Origin: Eledone cirrhosa
Lineage: Eukaryota
Reading direction: 5' to 3'
Assembly: GCA_964016885.1 (NCBI GenBank)
Contig: OZ024747.1
Location: 79,298,001 to 79,362,000 of the forward strand
Length of the DNA stretch: 64,000 nt
Position numbers and translations under genes: made by a program. The notes below the pieces were generated by a model. The model had not been told where the DNA came from and ran no database searches. It saw only the letters and a list, made by a program, of their open reading frames with translations. Of the stretch, positions 61,617-64,000 are shown in pieces; the stretch's first letter is position 1; every line of letters begins with the position of its first letter.

Positions 61617-64000
61617 GAACATATATATATATTTGAACATATATATATTTGAACATATATATATATTTGAATATATATATATTTGGACATATATATATTT
61701 GAACATATATATATATTTGAACATATATATATTTGAACATATATATATATTTGAACATATATATATTTGAACATATATATATATTTGAACATATATATAT
61801 TTGAACATATATATATTTGAACATATATATATTTGAACATATATATATTTGGACATATATATATTTGGACATATATATATTTGAACATATTTGAACATAT
61901 ATATATATTTGAACATATATATATTTGGACATATATATATTTGAACATATATATATATGAACATATATATATATTTGAACATATATATATTTGAACATAT
62001 ATATATTTGAACATATATATATTTGAACATATATATATATTTGAACATATATATATATTTGAACATATATATATTTGAACATATATATATTTGGACATAT
62101 ATATATATTTGAACATATATATATATTTGAACATATATATATTTGAACATATATATATTTGAACATATATATATTTGAACATATATATATTTGAACATAT
62201 ATATATTTGAACATATATATATATTTAGACATATATATATTTGGACATATATATATTTGAACATATATATATATTTGAACATATATATATTTGGACATAT
62301 ATATATATTTGAACATATATATATTTGAACATATATATATATTTAGACATATATATATTTGAACATATATATATTTGGACATATATATATATTTGAACAT
62401 ATATATATTTGAACATATATATATATTTGAACATATATATATTTGAACATATATATATTTGAACATATATATATTTGAACATATATATATATTTGAACAT
62501 ATATATATTTGAACATATATATATATTTGAACATATATATATTTGAACATATATATATATGAACATATATATATTTGAACATATATATATTTGAACATAT
62601 ATATATTTGAACATATATATATATTTGAACATATATATATTTGAACATATATATATTTGAACATATATATATTTGGACATATATATATTTGAACATATAT
62701 ATATTTGAACATATATATATTTGAACATATATATATTTGGACATATATATATATTTGAACATATATATATATTTGAACATATATATATTTGAACATATAT
62801 ATATTTGAACATATATATATTTGAACATATATATATTTGAACATATATATATTTGAACATATATATATATTTAGACATATATATATTTGGACATATATAT
62901 ATTTGAACATATATATATATTTGAACATATATATATTTGGACATATATATATATTTGAACATATATATATTTGAACATATATATATATTTAGACATATAT
63001 ATATTTGAACATATATATATTTGGACATATATATATATTTGAACATATATATATTTGAACATATATATATATTTGAACATATATATATTTGAACATATAT
63101 ATATTTGAACATATATATATTTGAACATATATATATATTTGAACATATATATATTTGAACATATATATATATTTGAACATATATATATTTGAACATATAT
63201 ATATATGAACATATATATATTTGAACATATATATATTTGAACATATATATATTTGAACATATATATATATTTGAACATATATATATTTGAAACATATATA
63301 TATTTGAACATATATATATTTGGACATATATATATTTGAACATATATATATTTGAACATATATATATATTTGAACATATATATATATTTGAACATATATA
63401 TATTTGGACATATATATATATATTTGAACATATATATATTTGGACATATATATATATTTGAACATATATATATTTGAACGTATATATATTTGAACATATA
63501 TATATTTGAACGTATATATATTTGAACATATATATATATATTTGAACATATATATATTTGAACATATATATATTTGGACATATATATATTTGAACATATA
63601 TATATTTGAACATATATATATATTTGAACATATATATATATTTGAACATATATATATTTGGACATATATATATTTGAACATATATATATTTGAACATATA
63701 TATATTTGAACATATATATATTTGGACATATATATATTTGAACATATATATATTTGAACATATATATATTTGACATATATATATTTGAACATATATATAT
63801 ATTTGAACATATATATATATTTGAACATATATATATTTGAACATATATATATATTTGGACATATATATATTTGAACATATATATATTTGAACATATATAT
63901 ATATTTGAACATATATATATTTGAACGTATATATATTTGGACATATATATATTTGAACATATATATATTTGAACATATATATATTTGAACATATATATAT
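61617..64000. repeat. 16/18-bp minisatellite TTG(A/G)ACATATATAT(AT)AT, more than 2.3 kb, running off the window
   Basis: Seen directly; it is the source of the long [16 protein letters not shown] pseudo-ORFs. Confidence 0.97.

Overview
This is AT-rich, microsatellite-saturated animal DNA, most likely octopus or another coleoid cephalopod (inferred from the repeat landscape). It has one 200-N gap at 21459-21658. The only host coding sequence I can support is the first coding exon of Brachyury (minus strand, 52686-52864); I found no later exon in the 52.6 kb downstream. Most long ORFs in the track are translated simple repeats. The rest is mobile-element debris: tRNA-derived SINEs, RTE and CRE-like LINE ends, a Penelope GIY-YIG fragment, hAT and Tc1/pogo MITEs, and minisatellites. 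The main unexplained structure is a set of more than 10 dissimilar families of short (100-900 bp) elements sitting in (TA)n tracts. Many are fold-back palindromes. Many carry type I hammerhead ribozyme cores (CUGAnGA...GAAA...UH) with covarying stems, and many share a GAGTRCT motif shortly before the end of the tail. They look like non-coding, Penelope-derived terminal repeats. All calls are by eye; no searches or folding programs were run.
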